A stretch of 64,000 nt of DNA from an uncultured Phycisphaerales bacterium (GCA_963755915.1 CAVWLP010000003.1:832001-896000), one strand, 5' to 3'. Numbered from the stretch's first letter, positions 33,651 through 44,828 are shown. The notes: a model not told the origin generated them from the sequence alone. Made by a program: numbers and translations.

Positions 33651-33865
33651 AACCGACCGCGCCCGTGAGAAATTCGACCGGGAGCATTTCTCCGGATCGT
33701 TTTTTTTGCCGGAGACGTTCAGCATCACGTTCAATACGTCCCTGGTGTCGGCGGAGCAGATGGTCGATGCCGTCGTGGCGGCGCTGGGCGTGAAGCAGCC
33801 GGTCAGCGCGTAAGCGGTACGCGCACATACGCTGAATTCTGATCCGGGCGCCGCTGATTTGCTGG

Positions 33866-35425
33866 TCATTTTGAACCAGGCGGTAAACTGATGGTCCCTT
33901 TCGCTTGAAAGACCGCCCCATCGGAATAGGTCTTCTCCAAGGCAGGCAGGCGCGTCTCCAATTCGCTTCTGGTAGGCAAGTATTCGCGAAACGCCCGTGC
34001 GTCGAAGAAGACAATGACGGCGCCGCCGCTCTCTACGCGACGGCACAGCTCGTTAAGTGACGCGGCATACCCAGGCAGGGGGAGCCAGCTAATCGAGCTG
34101 ATTTTGTAGGGCAGATCGCGCGTCCTTCTACCCGTCAGAAACCATACGCCATCTTGCGCGTTCGTATAAACGTCCACCTTTTGCGGCAGGGAAGAAAGCG
34201 CCGCCAACGTTTGAGAGTGTGCGCCGTGTTTGAGAACCCAGCCGAAGTCCAGAACCTGGAACCAACGGTAGGATTTCACAGCGCCGCCAATGATTGTGAA
34301 GCTCAGAAGAGCGCAAGCTATGACCTTCCGATATCGAAAAAGCCCTGGGTGACGCAGAAGAGCGGTTGTGGAGATCGTCAGTATCCCCACCATAAACACC
34401 GCCAACGGTGCAATGATCCGGTCCTCAAGCGAAATCGCCGCATCGAACAAGCTCATTGAAATCAAGACCATCAGCAGATAGTTCAATGTTGTCAGCAAAA
34501 GGACGGTGACGACCGGACAGCGCTGTACAAAGCCGATTGGTGAGGAGCCTTGCTTGCGATAGAGAAGACTACATCCTGCCACGACGACGGCTGCGAGAAG
34601 AATCAAGCCCCCGCCGGCAAGGTCGGCCGGCAGCGGCAAGACTCGTTCCGCGACACGGGCCGCTAAAACCCATTGGTCCCGGGGAATGGGGTGCCATGCG
34701 AAAGTCCGGTCGGTCGCGGCTCCGACAGCCAGATGGTTACGTATAGACCAGATTCCGGGACCCGCCGCCGCGAAAACCACGAAAATAGTGGCGGCGAACG
34801 TGCGCCCGGTCAAAGGTCGGCCGAATCGAAGAAGACAGACCAGCGCCCCCACAGGTATCAGGCAAAGGCCAACATAGCGCGACAAGAATGCCAGTGACGC
34901 CAATGCGCCGGCCAGGGGCAAAATCCATAACTTTCCCCTGGATAAATAATTCACCAGGAAATATACGCACAGCAGGGTATTGAGCAGGAACAGCGGCTCG
35001 CTCCAGACATAGCTGTGGATAAGAGCGATCATTCCGGTGGCGCCGGCCAGGGCGACCGCTGCGGAAGAAGCGGCGAACGATTGTGTTTCCCGATAAACCA
35101 AAAGCATGAGCAGTAGAAGACTGGCAGCGTAGAAAACGGCATTTACGATTTTTGCAAAGGCGAGAGGGTCGATGCCAACTTTTGTTCCCAGTGCCAGGAC
35201 ACAAGGCAGGAGCGGGGGGAAATGAGTCAAAGGCATGTCCCCACCATCAGAGTTCATTGCCAGCGCCCCCTTGCCATTTGCCAGAGTCCGGGCAGCATAG
35301 AGATAGCTGATTGAGTCGGGACTTACGCCGATTTTGCCGCGGGTCAGGAACTCGAGAAATCCGACGGCAGCCGCGATGAGGCATGCCGTCAAAGCTACTC
35401 GGCCGATGCTTGTACATTTTGTCAT
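33866..35425 (-). CDS. GT-C (ArnT/PMT-like) integral membrane glycosyltransferase
   Basis: SPDSISY, HFPPLLP, WSEPLF, LSRYVG and many TM helices. Confidence 0.7.
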   Translation of the reverse strand: MTKCTSIGRVALTACLIAAAVGFLEFLTRGKIGVSPDSISYLYAARTLANGKGALAMNSDGGDMPLTHFPPLLPCVLALGTKVGIDPLAFAKIVNAVFYAASLLLLMLLVYRETQSFAASSAAVALAGATGMIALIHSYVWSEPLFLLNTLLCVYFLVNYLSRGKLWILPLAGALASLAFLSRYVGLCLIPVGALVCLLRFGRPLTGRTFAATIFVVFAAAGPGIWSIRNHLAVGAATDRTFAWHPIPRDQWVLAARVAERVLPLPADLAGGGLILLAAVVVAGCSLLYRKQGSSPIGFVQRCPVVTVLLLTTLNYLLMVLISMSLFDAAISLEDRIIAPLAVFMVGILTISTTALLRHPGLFRYRKVIACALLSFTIIGGAVKSYRWFQVLDFGWVLKHGAHSQTLAALSSLPQKVDVYTNAQDGVWFLTGRRTRDLPYKISSISWLPLPGYAASLNELCRRVESGGAVIVFFDARAFREYLPTRSELETRLPALEKTYSDGAVFQAKGTISLPPGSK

Positions 35426-35472
35426 GCTGCACCCCCTGTGCAGAATTTCTTGGGGAAGCCTCGTCGGACGAT

Positions 35473-36723
35473 TTATTCGGCGGCTCCCGTCCGAGGAGTC
35501 TCGAGTGTTCTCGGATCATTAAACGGCTGGTTCTCGCACTCGCGCGCTGGAGGCGTCCGTGCTGAACCCAGGCGCCGCAACCAGCGGCGAGCGGGCGTTT
35601 CGATCCCAATGAAACACACTATGGAGAGACCGACGCAGGCTGCGATAACCAGGGCCATCGGCCAGCGGTGATGGTAAAAGGGCCCATGAACTGTCTCGAC
35701 GATCTCAAAGATCGCCAGGTGAATGAGGTAAAGAGAGTAGCTGGCTTCGCCAAGAAGCAGCGCCGCTCGATTGGCCAGAATGGGAGTAAAAAATGTGGGG
35801 CCCGCGGCAAGGCACAGAATCATGAGCCCGAATATTGGCGTGAACAGGACATGCCAGGCGAATGCATGCGCGATTGGAACGAACACCGGCAAAACGATCA
35901 CGCCGGCCGAGGCAGCCAGGCTTGCCGCTAAAAGGCTGTTTCGCCTGCCGGGCCGCATGAAGATTGCGGGAGCGCCCAGTAAATAAATCCGCCCCAGGCA
36001 ACAGCCGATGAAGAACTCCCAGATGCGAAAATAGGGCGCGACAAACGCCATGTCGGTAAGTGCATCAAAATCAACCCGCCCGAAACGGAACTTGAGCCAG
36101 GCGATTGCGCCTGTGAAGAGCGTTGCCTCGACCCCATAGCAAATCGCGGCGATGATTAACAAATCCTTCCGCCGCCCGGCGCGCGCCAGCACGAAACTGA
36201 CGAACAGAGGAAATAGCAGGTAGAAAAAAGCCTCCGCCGAAATGCTCCACGCTACCCCGTTCCATTCGGTCCAGAGCCGCGGGACGAACGCCTGAACCAG
36301 CAGGAGCTGTAAAATCCAGGAATAGAGGGTCTGGCCGCTGCGTCCATGCCAGAAAATCATCGCCGTCATAAATAGCAGTGCCGCGACGTGCATCGGATAG
36401 ATGCGTGCAAATCTGGCCATTAAGTAGGTTTTGAAATCCAGGCGGGATATGCCGAATTTGAATTTGTCCCAGTAGTTGTAAGTTAGAATGAATCCGCTGA
36501 GGACAAAGAAAAAGCTCACGCCGGCCACGCCGCGGCGCATGTACGTCCAGGTCCAGTGGGGGGGGGCAAATAAGGGCCAGGCGTGCAAAACCAGGACGGC
36601 CATGGCGGCCACGAACCGCGCCCCGGTCAGTTCCGGAAGAACGGAAGCTCGGCGATTAAAAGCTCGCGGGTCGGAGTACAACGATATTTCTTTCTGCAGC
36701 GGCGGTAATGCAAGCAAAGCCAC
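35473..36723 (-). CDS. Acyltransferase-3 (OafA-like)
   Basis: LTGARFVAA, GVSFFFVLSGF, RFARIYP, WSISAEAFFY, GEASYSLYLIH; exact start uncertain. Confidence 0.88.
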   Translation of the reverse strand: MALLALPPLQKEISLYSDPRAFNRRASVLPELTGARFVAAMAVLVLHAWPLFAPPHWTWTYMRRGVAGVSFFFVLSGFILTYNYWDKFKFGISRLDFKTYLMARFARIYPMHVAALLFMTAMIFWHGRSGQTLYSWILQLLLVQAFVPRLWTEWNGVAWSISAEAFFYLLFPLFVSFVLARAGRRKDLLIIAAICYGVEATLFTGAIAWLKFRFGRVDFDALTDMAFVAPYFRIWEFFIGCCLGRIYLLGAPAIFMRPGRRNSLLAASLAASAGVIVLPVFVPIAHAFAWHVLFTPIFGLMILCLAAGPTFFTPILANRAALLLGEASYSLYLIHLAIFEIVETVHGPFYHHRWPMALVIAACVGLSIVCFIGIETPARRWLRRLGSARTPPARECENQPFNDPRTLETPRTGAAE

Positions 36724-36908
36724 TGAACCCCAAATGAGGGTGGAATGGCAACACGGGCTTTGCGCGAGCCTTCCTGCGATAGAAAATATTCGCTCTGGAC
36801 GCTCTGCTTATTTTCCCCCCTTCGGAGAGTTATCAGCCGAGGCTGTCCGAACTTATTGCGGCGCCTTTGGCAATAGTTCCACCGACTCTAAAGGTGCCGA
36901 ACCGTACT

Positions 36909-38349
36909 CTAATGGCCTTGCGGCTCATACCCGTCGGTAAGGGTCTTAATGAAAGCGACGATGTCGTCCTCCTGTTTGTCGGTCAGGCCAAGGTTGCCGA
37001 CCTGCGCGCTGGAGCTTCCCGGCGCCGGTGGGATTTTGCAGAGTCACCGGCGAGGGATATTCCGGCTCGGGAAAGAGAGGCGTCCCAACCAGATTTGCAT
37101 AGGGATTGGGCTGGGTGAAGTCGATCACCTCGCCGGGCTCGGTGGTGAGATTGCGGGTGTTGTAGAAATGCACCACCGTTTTCAGATCCTTGAAGACGCC
37201 GTTGTGGAAATAGGCTTTGACGAAACTCGGGTAGGGCCGCTTGTCGGCATTGCGGAGGGTGGGGGCTTTGAAGGCGCCGTTGATGGCCAGGAAATCTCCC
37301 TGCCCGTTGTTGCCGGCGCCCATGTTGCCGGAGGGGAGTCCCATGTGTGGGTAGAGATAATCGCCGAGGCCGAGGTCGACATATTTTTCGCCCAGCGGGT
37401 TGTAGCCAATGGGATCGGTGTTTGGATTCGTCTGCTTGTAATAAGGGTTGTTCGGATTGCGGGGAACGCCGACGTTGGCGTAGCAGGTGTTGGTCCAGAG
37501 ATCTGGCCCCTGGCTCGGATCGCTGGGGATGCCGTGACAGAGGACGCACTGGGCCTGCGTGGGATAGGCCGGCCCGCCGGGACGGCCGCTGTAGCTTCCG
37601 GTCACCAAGCGCAGGCCGTCGAGCTCTTCGGGCGTGAGCTGGGCGCGGCCCGCAAGCCAGGCGTCATATTTCGAGGAGAAGGGGGAGACTTCGCTGCTCT
37701 GCTCAAATTGCGCGACCGCTTCGGAGAAATCGGTGAAGACGATCGAGGGCGATTCCTGGTAAATGCCCCAGCCGAAGACCTGGGCGAAAAGTTTGCCCTC
37801 CGGGCTGTTCTGGATCTTGGCGACCAGCAGCGGCAGGCTGAAGACGTTGTGAATCAGGTCGTTCATCTCGTTGGGGTTCTGTTCCGGAAACGTCGCCTGA
37901 TTGGCCAGGTCGGTGGCGCGGCCGTCCCAGAACAGGCCGCCGACGTAGGCGGTCAGATTCGCGTCATACTGAGGAGGCCCCGGCGCGATGAAGGCGCCGT
38001 AGGCGACCGTCGGAACGGCGCGGTTTCCAAAGCGGGTGGGGATCGCCCCGGTGGCCACGCCATAGCGCTGGTTGATATCGGAATTGGGGAAGGTGAATCC
38101 TTCATCGGGCGAGTGGCAGCTTCCGCAGGATTGCCCCACGGGGTTGGACAATGTCGTATCGAAGAAGAGAAGCTTGCCCAGCGCGGCTTTGACGGAATTA
38201 ATGGGCGGCGGGCGGTAGGACATCATCGGCGCCTGATCGGCCCGCGCAGCCCGATTGGGCACCGACCAGAGCGCGACAGCTCCAATAAGCAGGCCCAGCG
38301 AGAACAGAATCGTAGCCTTGGTACGAAGCGACCTCGTGCCGACTTTCAT
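36909..38349 (-). CDS. Di-haem cytochrome c peroxidase family protein (apparent frameshift ~37020)
   Basis: Signal peptide, CGSCH and CVLCH haem motifs, FWDGRA, FKAPTLRN; shifted frame gives GNLGLT..VAFIKTLTDG. Confidence 0.88.
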
Positions 38350-38585
38350 ATTTCTTCCGTCCTGAGATGCATCCAACCTGATCAGCCCAGATTCATGAAC
38401 ACTTCATGAAGTGACATATCATTCTACCACGTCGGCCCGGAGCAGTGCAAGAAATGTTCGTCGCGTTTATAAACAAAATAAATATAGATGTTTAAATGTT
38501 ATACTGGCAGAACGAATGACGGCAATCCTCCACAATTTAATCGTAGCAATATTACGACTTTATTACCGAATTCGCCCACTTATTT

Positions 38586-39944
38586 TCATGAACGGGCGTG
38601 GAGAATGACCTTCACTCCATGTTTGGGCCGCAGGGTAAATGTCGGATCGGGAACCACCGGATGGTGGGGCACAATTTCAAGACGATAGTGCTGAAGGATC
38701 GTCGCGAGGACCAGCGGCCCCTCCATAAGCGTCATCTGCATCCCAATGCAGATTCGCGGCCCACCGCCGAAGGGAAAATAGGCGAAGCGATGTTTGAGCG
38801 GCCCGGACAAAAACCGGTCCGGGTCGAACTTTTCCGGCTCCGTCCAGAAATCCGGATGGCGATGCGTCACCCACTGGCACAAAATGATGATCGTCTTGCG
38901 CGGGATCGGATATCCCGCGATTTCATCGGCCTCGAGATTTTGCCGCAGCTCTCCCCAGCCGGGCGGATAAAGGCGCATCGACTCCTGAAAGATGGCGGTG
39001 AGCAGCGGAAGATGCTCGAGGTCTTCGACCGTGGGATTGGATCCCCGCAACCAACCGTGGATTTCCTCGTACGCCTGCTCCTGAATCTCCGGGTGGAGAG
39101 CGAGCAGATACCAGGTCCAGGTGATGGCGGCCCCGACGTTTTCGTGCCCGCCGGTGAGGAACGTAAGGGCTTCGTCCATGATGCGGCGGTCTGACATCCC
39201 TCGTCCCGTCATCTCGTCGCGCGCGTCGATGAGCATCGTCAGCAGGTCGTTGGGTCTTTCGTTGGTTTTTCGGCGCCCGCTGATCAGCCCCGCCACGAAA
39301 TCATCGAGAAATTTCTTTACCTTCGCGAACTCGCGGTTGGTTTTCGTGGGCACCCACGGCGGAACGATCTGCGTGGAATTGAGGCGCACACTGATGTAGC
39401 GGAACGCCACGCGAAATGCCGCCCCTACGGCGTCGGCGTCGCCGGAAATGTCGGCGCTGAAGAGCGTCGTCCCCGCGATACGGAGGGTGACGCGCATCAT
39501 CGCTTCGAGAATATCGATGGGCTGGGCCGTGCGGGAGCGAAAGTCGCGAACGAAGATGTCGGCGCTTTCGACCATCAGCGGCGCCAGAACGGAAAGAAAC
39601 TGGGAATGAAACGCCGGCTGAACCAGACGCCGCTGGGTCCGCCAGGTTTCGCCGAAACTGGTGAAAAGCCCGTCGCCGACGAGTTGGCCGATGCTCGTGT
39701 AAAAGAGTTTGGGCTTGACGTAGTTGGCGTGATTTTTGTGCAGGATCTGTTCGACGGCGTCGGGATGCGTGAGGAGCAGGCCGAAATAATGCGGGACCAT
39801 GCGCAGGCGAACATAATCGCCGTGCTCGCGGCGGAGCTGACTGTAAAAACCCAGTGGGTCAGACCGCATCCGCGGCAGGCAACCGGCAAATCGGTGGCCG
39901 GCGATCGTGGGGAATTCTCGCGAAGCGGTCGTGGACGCCGTCAT
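38586..39944 (-). CDS. Cytochrome P450
   Basis: GGHEN I-helix, ESMR (ExxR), FDPDRF, FGGGPRICIG. Confidence 0.95.
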   Translation of the reverse strand: MTASTTASREFPTIAGHRFAGCLPRMRSDPLGFYSQLRREHGDYVRLRMVPHYFGLLLTHPDAVEQILHKNHANYVKPKLFYTSIGQLVGDGLFTSFGETWRTQRRLVQPAFHSQFLSVLAPLMVESADIFVRDFRSRTAQPIDILEAMMRVTLRIAGTTLFSADISGDADAVGAAFRVAFRYISVRLNSTQIVPPWVPTKTNREFAKVKKFLDDFVAGLISGRRKTNERPNDLLTMLIDARDEMTGRGMSDRRIMDEALTFLTGGHENVGAAITWTWYLLALHPEIQEQAYEEIHGWLRGSNPTVEDLEHLPLLTAIFQESMRLYPPGWGELRQNLEADEIAGYPIPRKTIIILCQWVTHRHPDFWTEPEKFDPDRFLSGPLKHRFAYFPFGGGPRICIGMQMTLMEGPLVLATILQHYRLEIVPHHPVVPDPTFTLRPKHGVKVILHARS

Positions 39945-40465
39945 TTATTTCTGATGATGGTAGAAGTCATCATGATGCTGTTGGGGACGATGATCCACCG
40001 CCCGTCCTCGGTCTCAAGCTTGGTGTAGCCCAGCGTGAATTCCTTGACGACGCCGGTCTCTTTTCCGGTCGGGGCGTTGAGTGTCAGCACGTCGCCGATG
40101 CCATAGGGGCGATAGAGAAGCAGGGAGATCCCGGCGATGATCTGCCCCAGCGTGTTCTGAGCCGCGAGTCCGATCACCAGGGACGCCACGCCCGCGCTGG
40201 CCAGCATCGCCGTCCCAACCTGGTGCAGGAAGGGCACAAGATGGGCGTAAAAAATCGCCGCCAGCACAAAGCAGAATAGCTGCATGAGCTGGATGACAAA
40301 TCGCAAGGCCGTCTGATCGATCCCCAGGTCGGAGTGGGAGGCGATCCGATTTCCCCAGGCGCGAAGGATTCGCGCCAGGATGACGGCGATAACCAGAAAT
40401 ATGACGCCAAATGCGAGAGCGCCCCAAAGGGTGGCGGGATTAAGAAGATCGTGCAGGACGGACAT
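39941..40465 (-). CDS. Short MscS-family mechanosensitive channel
   Basis: Three TM helices, IGLAAQNTL, PYGIGD, IIVPNS; stop overlaps the P450 ATG; start uncertain (40465 or 40483). Confidence 0.8.
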   Translation of the reverse strand: MSVLHDLLNPATLWGALAFGVIFLVIAVILARILRAWGNRIASHSDLGIDQTALRFVIQLMQLFCFVLAAIFYAHLVPFLHQVGTAMLASAGVASLVIGLAAQNTLGQIIAGISLLLYRPYGIGDVLTLNAPTGKETGVVKEFTLGYTKLETEDGRWIIVPNSIMMTSTIIRNK

Positions 40466-40616
40466 ATCGGAATCAACCGGCAACTTCTACCTGTAGGAAC
40501 GCGAGTTTGCCAGAGGGGGTTTCTCTGAACCTGCGTTTAGGTTGCCGGAAATTGGAGGCTACACAAAGCCGCGGGGTTGAAGTAATTTGATCGCGGGCCC
40601 GCTCGGCGGCTTTATT

Positions 40617-41612
40617 ATGGCGACTTCCGCACCGATTTCCGCACCCATTTCCGTTGCCCTCTGCACCTTTAACGGCGCGGCATTCCTGACCGAGCAATTG
40701 CGAAGCATCGCCTCGCAGACGATCAAACCCACGGAACTGGTGGTCTTCGACGATGGTTCCACCGATCGAACCATGGAAATTCTCGACCAGTTCGCCAAAA
40801 GCGGGCGCGGATTTGAAGTGCGCATCGCGTCCAACCGGCAGCGCATGGGCCCAACCGCGAATTTCGGCCAGGCGATTGCCGCCTGCCGGGGGCAAATTAT
40901 CGCGCTTTGCGACCAGGACGATCTCTGGATGCCCGACAAGCTGGAAACGATATACTGCGAATTCCAGCGCTGCCCCGATCTGCTGATGGCCTTCAGCGAC
41001 GCGGAAATCTGCGATGAAGCCGGCGAAAAGCTGGGCTATCGCCTGTGGGAAAGCGTTGGGCTGGCCGGACGCTTGCGCCGAAAGCTGGAGAGCGGCCGGG
41101 CGTTTGAGGTGATTCTGCGTCAGAACGTGGTGACCGGCGCGACGATGGCCTTTGCCGCGAAGCTGCGCGAGCTGGTTCTGCCGATCGATCCGCTGTGGGT
41201 GCATGATGGATGGATCGGATTGCTGGCCGCGGCCGCGGGGAGGGTGTCGGCGATTCCCAGGCCGCTCGTGCGCTATCGTCAGCACGCCACGCAGGCGATC
41301 GGAGCCTTGAGGCGCTCGTTTTATCAGCAATACCTCAACGCGAAAAAGATGGATGGCCCCTGGTTCGGACGGCAGGCCGACATGTACCAGGCCGCCGCCA
41401 CGCGATTGGAAAGCCCGCCGGCGGGTTCATTTACGCCTTCCGCGCAAAACAAGAAGCTGTTGAATGAGAAGGTCCGCCATTTCCGGCGCCGATCCGAGTT
41501 TCACGGCCGGGGCCTGTCGCGATTTTTGCCCAGCGTGGGTGAATTCGTTACCTTTCGGTATCGTCGGTATTCCCTGGGGTGGAAAAGTTTCGCCCAGGAC
41601 CTGTTTCTTTAA
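40617..41612 (+). CDS. GT2 glycosyltransferase (rhamnosyltransferase-like)
   Basis: SVALCTFNG, DDGSTD, LCDQDDLW, VTGAT, HDGW, YRQH. Confidence 0.88.
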   Translation: MATSAPISAPISVALCTFNGAAFLTEQLRSIASQTIKPTELVVFDDGSTDRTMEILDQFAKSGRGFEVRIASNRQRMGPTANFGQAIAACRGQIIALCDQDDLWMPDKLETIYCEFQRCPDLLMAFSDAEICDEAGEKLGYRLWESVGLAGRLRRKLESGRAFEVILRQNVVTGATMAFAAKLRELVLPIDPLWVHDGWIGLLAAAAGRVSAIPRPLVRYRQHATQAIGALRRSFYQQYLNAKKMDGPWFGRQADMYQAAATRLESPPAGSFTPSAQNKKLLNEKVRHFRRRSEFHGRGLSRFLPSVGEFVTFRYRRYSLGWKSFAQDLFL

Positions 41613-41623
41613 TCGCATTTCCG

Positions 41624-42484
41624 ATGAGCGTATCAACCAACGTCGTTATTTACAGTGCCGAAACGCACGACGCCGTCCCCCTCAGCCCGATCAAAATCTG
41701 CGCCCGCATGTGGGCCCAGCGGCAGCTCCTTCGGCAACTGACCAACCGCGCGGTGCAGATGCGCTTCCGTGGCTCGGTGCTCGGGCTCCTGTGGGCCATC
41801 CTCAATCCTATCTTCATGCTTCTGGTCTATACCTTCGTCTTCAGCGTCATTATGAAAATCCGCTGGAACGGCCAGGGCAGCACATTCTTTTTCGCGATGA
41901 ACCTCTATTGCGGATTGATTGTGTACGGGATTTTTGCCGAGAGCGTCGGCTCGGCTTCGATCCAGATTCTCTCGAATCCCAGCTACGTTAAAAAAATCGT
42001 CTTTCCCCTGGAAATTTTGCCCGTGGCCGGGCTGGCGGCATCGGTATTCTTCAACCTTTTCGGCCTGGTGATTCTGCTCTTTTGCGTGCAGTTCTTCGTG
42101 CAGCCGCTCTCGATCCACATCGTCGCCCTGCCGATCATCTGGCTGCCGCTGCTTCTGCTGACCTGCGGACTTTCCTGGGTCGTCGCGGCGCTGGGCGTGC
42201 TGGTGCGCGACGTTGGGCAGCTCATCGTCATCCTTCTTCAGGTGCTTTTTTATCTCTGCCCCATCGTCTATCCGCTGGCGCGCGTTCCCGTGTCGATGCA
42301 GAGGATTTATATGCTTCTGAACCCGATGGCTATCTATGTCGAGCAAACCCGCGCGGTGGTCCTCGACAGGAGCTGGCCGCAGTGGAACTGGATGCCGCAG
42401 AGCTATCTGATCTCGCTGGTGGCGTTCATTTTCGGATACTATGTTTTCATGAGAGCCAAGCGAGGTTTCGCGGATGTCATCTAA
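41624..42484 (+). CDS. wzm: Polysaccharide ABC transporter permease
   Basis: RFRGSVLGLLWAILNP, YVKKIVFP, PIVYP, LNPM, FADVI. Confidence 0.92.
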   Translation: MSVSTNVVIYSAETHDAVPLSPIKICARMWAQRQLLRQLTNRAVQMRFRGSVLGLLWAILNPIFMLLVYTFVFSVIMKIRWNGQGSTFFFAMNLYCGLIVYGIFAESVGSASIQILSNPSYVKKIVFPLEILPVAGLAASVFFNLFGLVILLFCVQFFVQPLSIHIVALPIIWLPLLLLTCGLSWVVAALGVLVRDVGQLIVILLQVLFYLCPIVYPLARVPVSMQRIYMLLNPMAIYVEQTRAVVLDRSWPQWNWMPQSYLISLVAFIFGYYVFMRAKRGFADVI

Positions 42485-43847
42485 CGGCTCGCCCGCGCTC
42501 GACGAGGGGCTGGTGCTTTCGGCCCGGGGCGTCGGAAAGCGGTACAATGTTTACGCCCATCCGCGCCAGCGGATCCTCCAATCCATCCTGGGCGATCGCA
42601 AAAAGTTCTACCACGAGTTCTGGGCCCTGCGCGACGTCTCCTTCGACGTGGCACGCGGCCAGTGCGTCGGAATCGTCGGCCAGAACGGCGCGGGAAAGAG
42701 CACGCTGCTCCAGATCGCCACGGGAATTCTGGCCCCCACCACCGGCACGGTCCTCACCCGCGGGCGGGTCGTCTCCATGCTGGAGCTGGGCAGCGGTTTC
42801 AACCCCGAATTCACTGGCCGGGAAAACGTCTATCTCAACGCCTCGCTGCTGGGCCTGAGCCAGAAGCAGATCGACGGGAAATTCGAGCAGATTGCCGACT
42901 TCGCCGACATCGGCGAGTTCATGGATTCGCCGGTCAAGCAATATTCCAGCGGCATGAACGCGCGGCTGGCGTTTGCCGTTTACAGCTCGCTGGATCCGCA
43001 GCTCCTGGTGGTCGATGAAATCCTCTCCGTCGGCGACGCCCGCTTCCAGGCCAAATGTTTCCGCAGAATCCGCGAACTGCGCGAGGGCGGGACGTCGATT
43101 CTGCTCGTCAGCCATTCTTCCGAGCAGATTCTCCAGCACTGCGAGAGCGCGATTCTGCTGCATCACGGGAAGTGCATGGCGCAAGGTGAGCCGCGCGGCG
43201 TGATCAATCAATACATCGAGCTTCTTTTTGGCCCGGAGAAAACCAAAGAGAAGCCCACCATTAAGCGGCCGGTCGCCGTGAAAACCGAAGTCGCCCCCCC
43301 GCCACCGGGGGATTTGCCGGATCATTCCTTCTTTCGCGAGCATCCTGCCGAGGAATTGTTCGCCACGCGAAACACCTACAACAAATACGAACACCGCTGG
43401 GGCAACGAGGAAGTGCACATTCTCGACTATTTTCTGATGACCGAGGACGGCGAAGCCTATCCGCCTACGGTGGCAATGGATTCAACGGTGAGTCTTTACG
43501 TGAAACTCGTCGCCCACCGCGATGTCGACCTGCCGATTTTTGGACTGAATATCAAAACGAAGGAGGGTGTTTTGCTCTACGGCAGCAATTCCCTCCTGGC
43601 CGCATCCGCAGAACAGCGCCGGCCGCTGAATGCCGGGCAAATCGAAATCGTGCAGTTCAAATGGACGGTCAGATACAACGGCGGCGATTATCTGCTGAGC
43701 GTTGGTCTGGCCAGCGGCGCATCCCTCGACGACGCCATCGCGCTGGATCGAAGGTATGACTCGATCCTGCTACCGGTGCTTCCCAGCAAGAGATTTGTGG
43801 GGCTGGCGGATATGGAACTGGGGATTCAGCGGTTTTCCGCTGGTTGA
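42474..43847 (+). CDS. wzt: Polysaccharide ABC transporter ATPase with C-terminal (Wzt_C) carbohydrate-binding domain
   Basis: FWALRDVSF, GQNGAGKST, YSSGM, VDEILSVGD, plus a C-terminal beta-sandwich-like extension. Confidence 0.92.
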   Translation: MSSNGSPALDEGLVLSARGVGKRYNVYAHPRQRILQSILGDRKKFYHEFWALRDVSFDVARGQCVGIVGQNGAGKSTLLQIATGILAPTTGTVLTRGRVVSMLELGSGFNPEFTGRENVYLNASLLGLSQKQIDGKFEQIADFADIGEFMDSPVKQYSSGMNARLAFAVYSSLDPQLLVVDEILSVGDARFQAKCFRRIRELREGGTSILLVSHSSEQILQHCESAILLHHGKCMAQGEPRGVINQYIELLFGPEKTKEKPTIKRPVAVKTEVAPPPPGDLPDHSFFREHPAEELFATRNTYNKYEHRWGNEEVHILDYFLMTEDGEAYPPTVAMDSTVSLYVKLVAHRDVDLPIFGLNIKTKEGVLLYGSNSLLAASAEQRRPLNAGQIEIVQFKWTVRYNGGDYLLSVGLASGASLDDAIALDRRYDSILLPVLPSKRFVGLADMELGIQRFSAG

Positions 43848-43888
43848 AGCGGCTATGCCGGATTCCAGCGGTCCATTAGGATATTGGC

Positions 43889-44827
43889 ATGACCGCCGTC
43901 AATCCGTGGAATGCCGACGTTCCGAAATCATTCGACTCGATCTGGCTGAACTCCCAGGACGTCATCCGCTGGATTCAGCAGAAAACTTCCCACGACCCAT
44001 CCCTTCACTGGCTGAGGTACGCGATAAAAACCTATTTCGGCCCGGCGCTCAGTTCCCCCGGCCACCCAATCGATCGCCCGGCGCATCGCTGCCTAATCCT
44101 CGGCGCCAACGAGGGTTGGATGGAACGGCTGCTGTGCGAGAGCGGTTTCACCGGCGAGATCATCGCCTCGGACATCGCCGATAAAGCACTGGCCCGGGCC
44201 GAATCGCGGGCAAAGGAACGCGGGTACAACAATATCAAATACGTGGTCGCGGATTTGAACGAGTACAAATTTCAGGGGCCGTTTGATTTCATCATTGCCG
44301 AGGGAGTCCTACATCACATCGTCGAAGTTGAGCGCTGCTTGCAGATGTTGTCCGATTCGCTGGCGCCGGGTGGATTGCTTTTCGCCGCCGAATATGAGGG
44401 CCCGGTGCGGTTTCAGTTGCCGGAGATTCAGGTGCGGTGGATCAATGCGGCCCTGAATCTCCTGCCAAGGGGGCTGCGGCCGCTTCATGCGCAATCCGAT
44501 GAAATATTACCCGCATCGGCGGAGGAAAACAGCAAGTGCTTTTATATCGCGCCGACTGAGCAAAGCATCGCGGATTCAGATCCGTCTGAAGCGATTAGCG
44601 GGCCGATCTTAAAGCAACTGATTCCACAAATCTTCGACGTGGTCGAGCGGAACCCGTTTGGTGGAACCCTCCTGGCCTACATGACGCAGCATTTTGATTT
44701 TGCCAGGGCCAATACCGACGAATTCACCCGTCAATGGCTGAAAGTGCTCATGCACATTGAAGACACCGTGATTCAGACCGGAATACTCCAGGACGACTAC
44801 GTGTTTTACGTGCTTCGAAAGAAATAA
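43889..44827 (+). CDS. Class I SAM-dependent methyltransferase
   Basis: LILGANEG, SDIA, ADLN, FDFIIAEGVLHH, LAPGG. Confidence 0.85.
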   Translation: MTAVNPWNADVPKSFDSIWLNSQDVIRWIQQKTSHDPSLHWLRYAIKTYFGPALSSPGHPIDRPAHRCLILGANEGWMERLLCESGFTGEIIASDIADKALARAESRAKERGYNNIKYVVADLNEYKFQGPFDFIIAEGVLHHIVEVERCLQMLSDSLAPGGLLFAAEYEGPVRFQLPEIQVRWINAALNLLPRGLRPLHAQSDEILPASAEENSKCFYIAPTEQSIADSDPSEAISGPILKQLIPQIFDVVERNPFGGTLLAYMTQHFDFARANTDEFTRQWLKVLMHIEDTVIQTGILQDDYVFYVLRKK

Positions 44828-44828
44828 A

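Noticed and set aside
36949-38409. Long antisense ORFs (e.g. 36949-38409 +, 2757-4235 -, 29993-31573 -, 46832-48124 +)
   Set aside because: Shadow frames of well-supported genes in high-GC DNA, with no recognisable motifs.
38410-38585. AT-rich stretch as a replication origin or foreign insert
   Set aside because: No DnaA-box cluster or iterons seen; best explained as the peroxidase promoter region.
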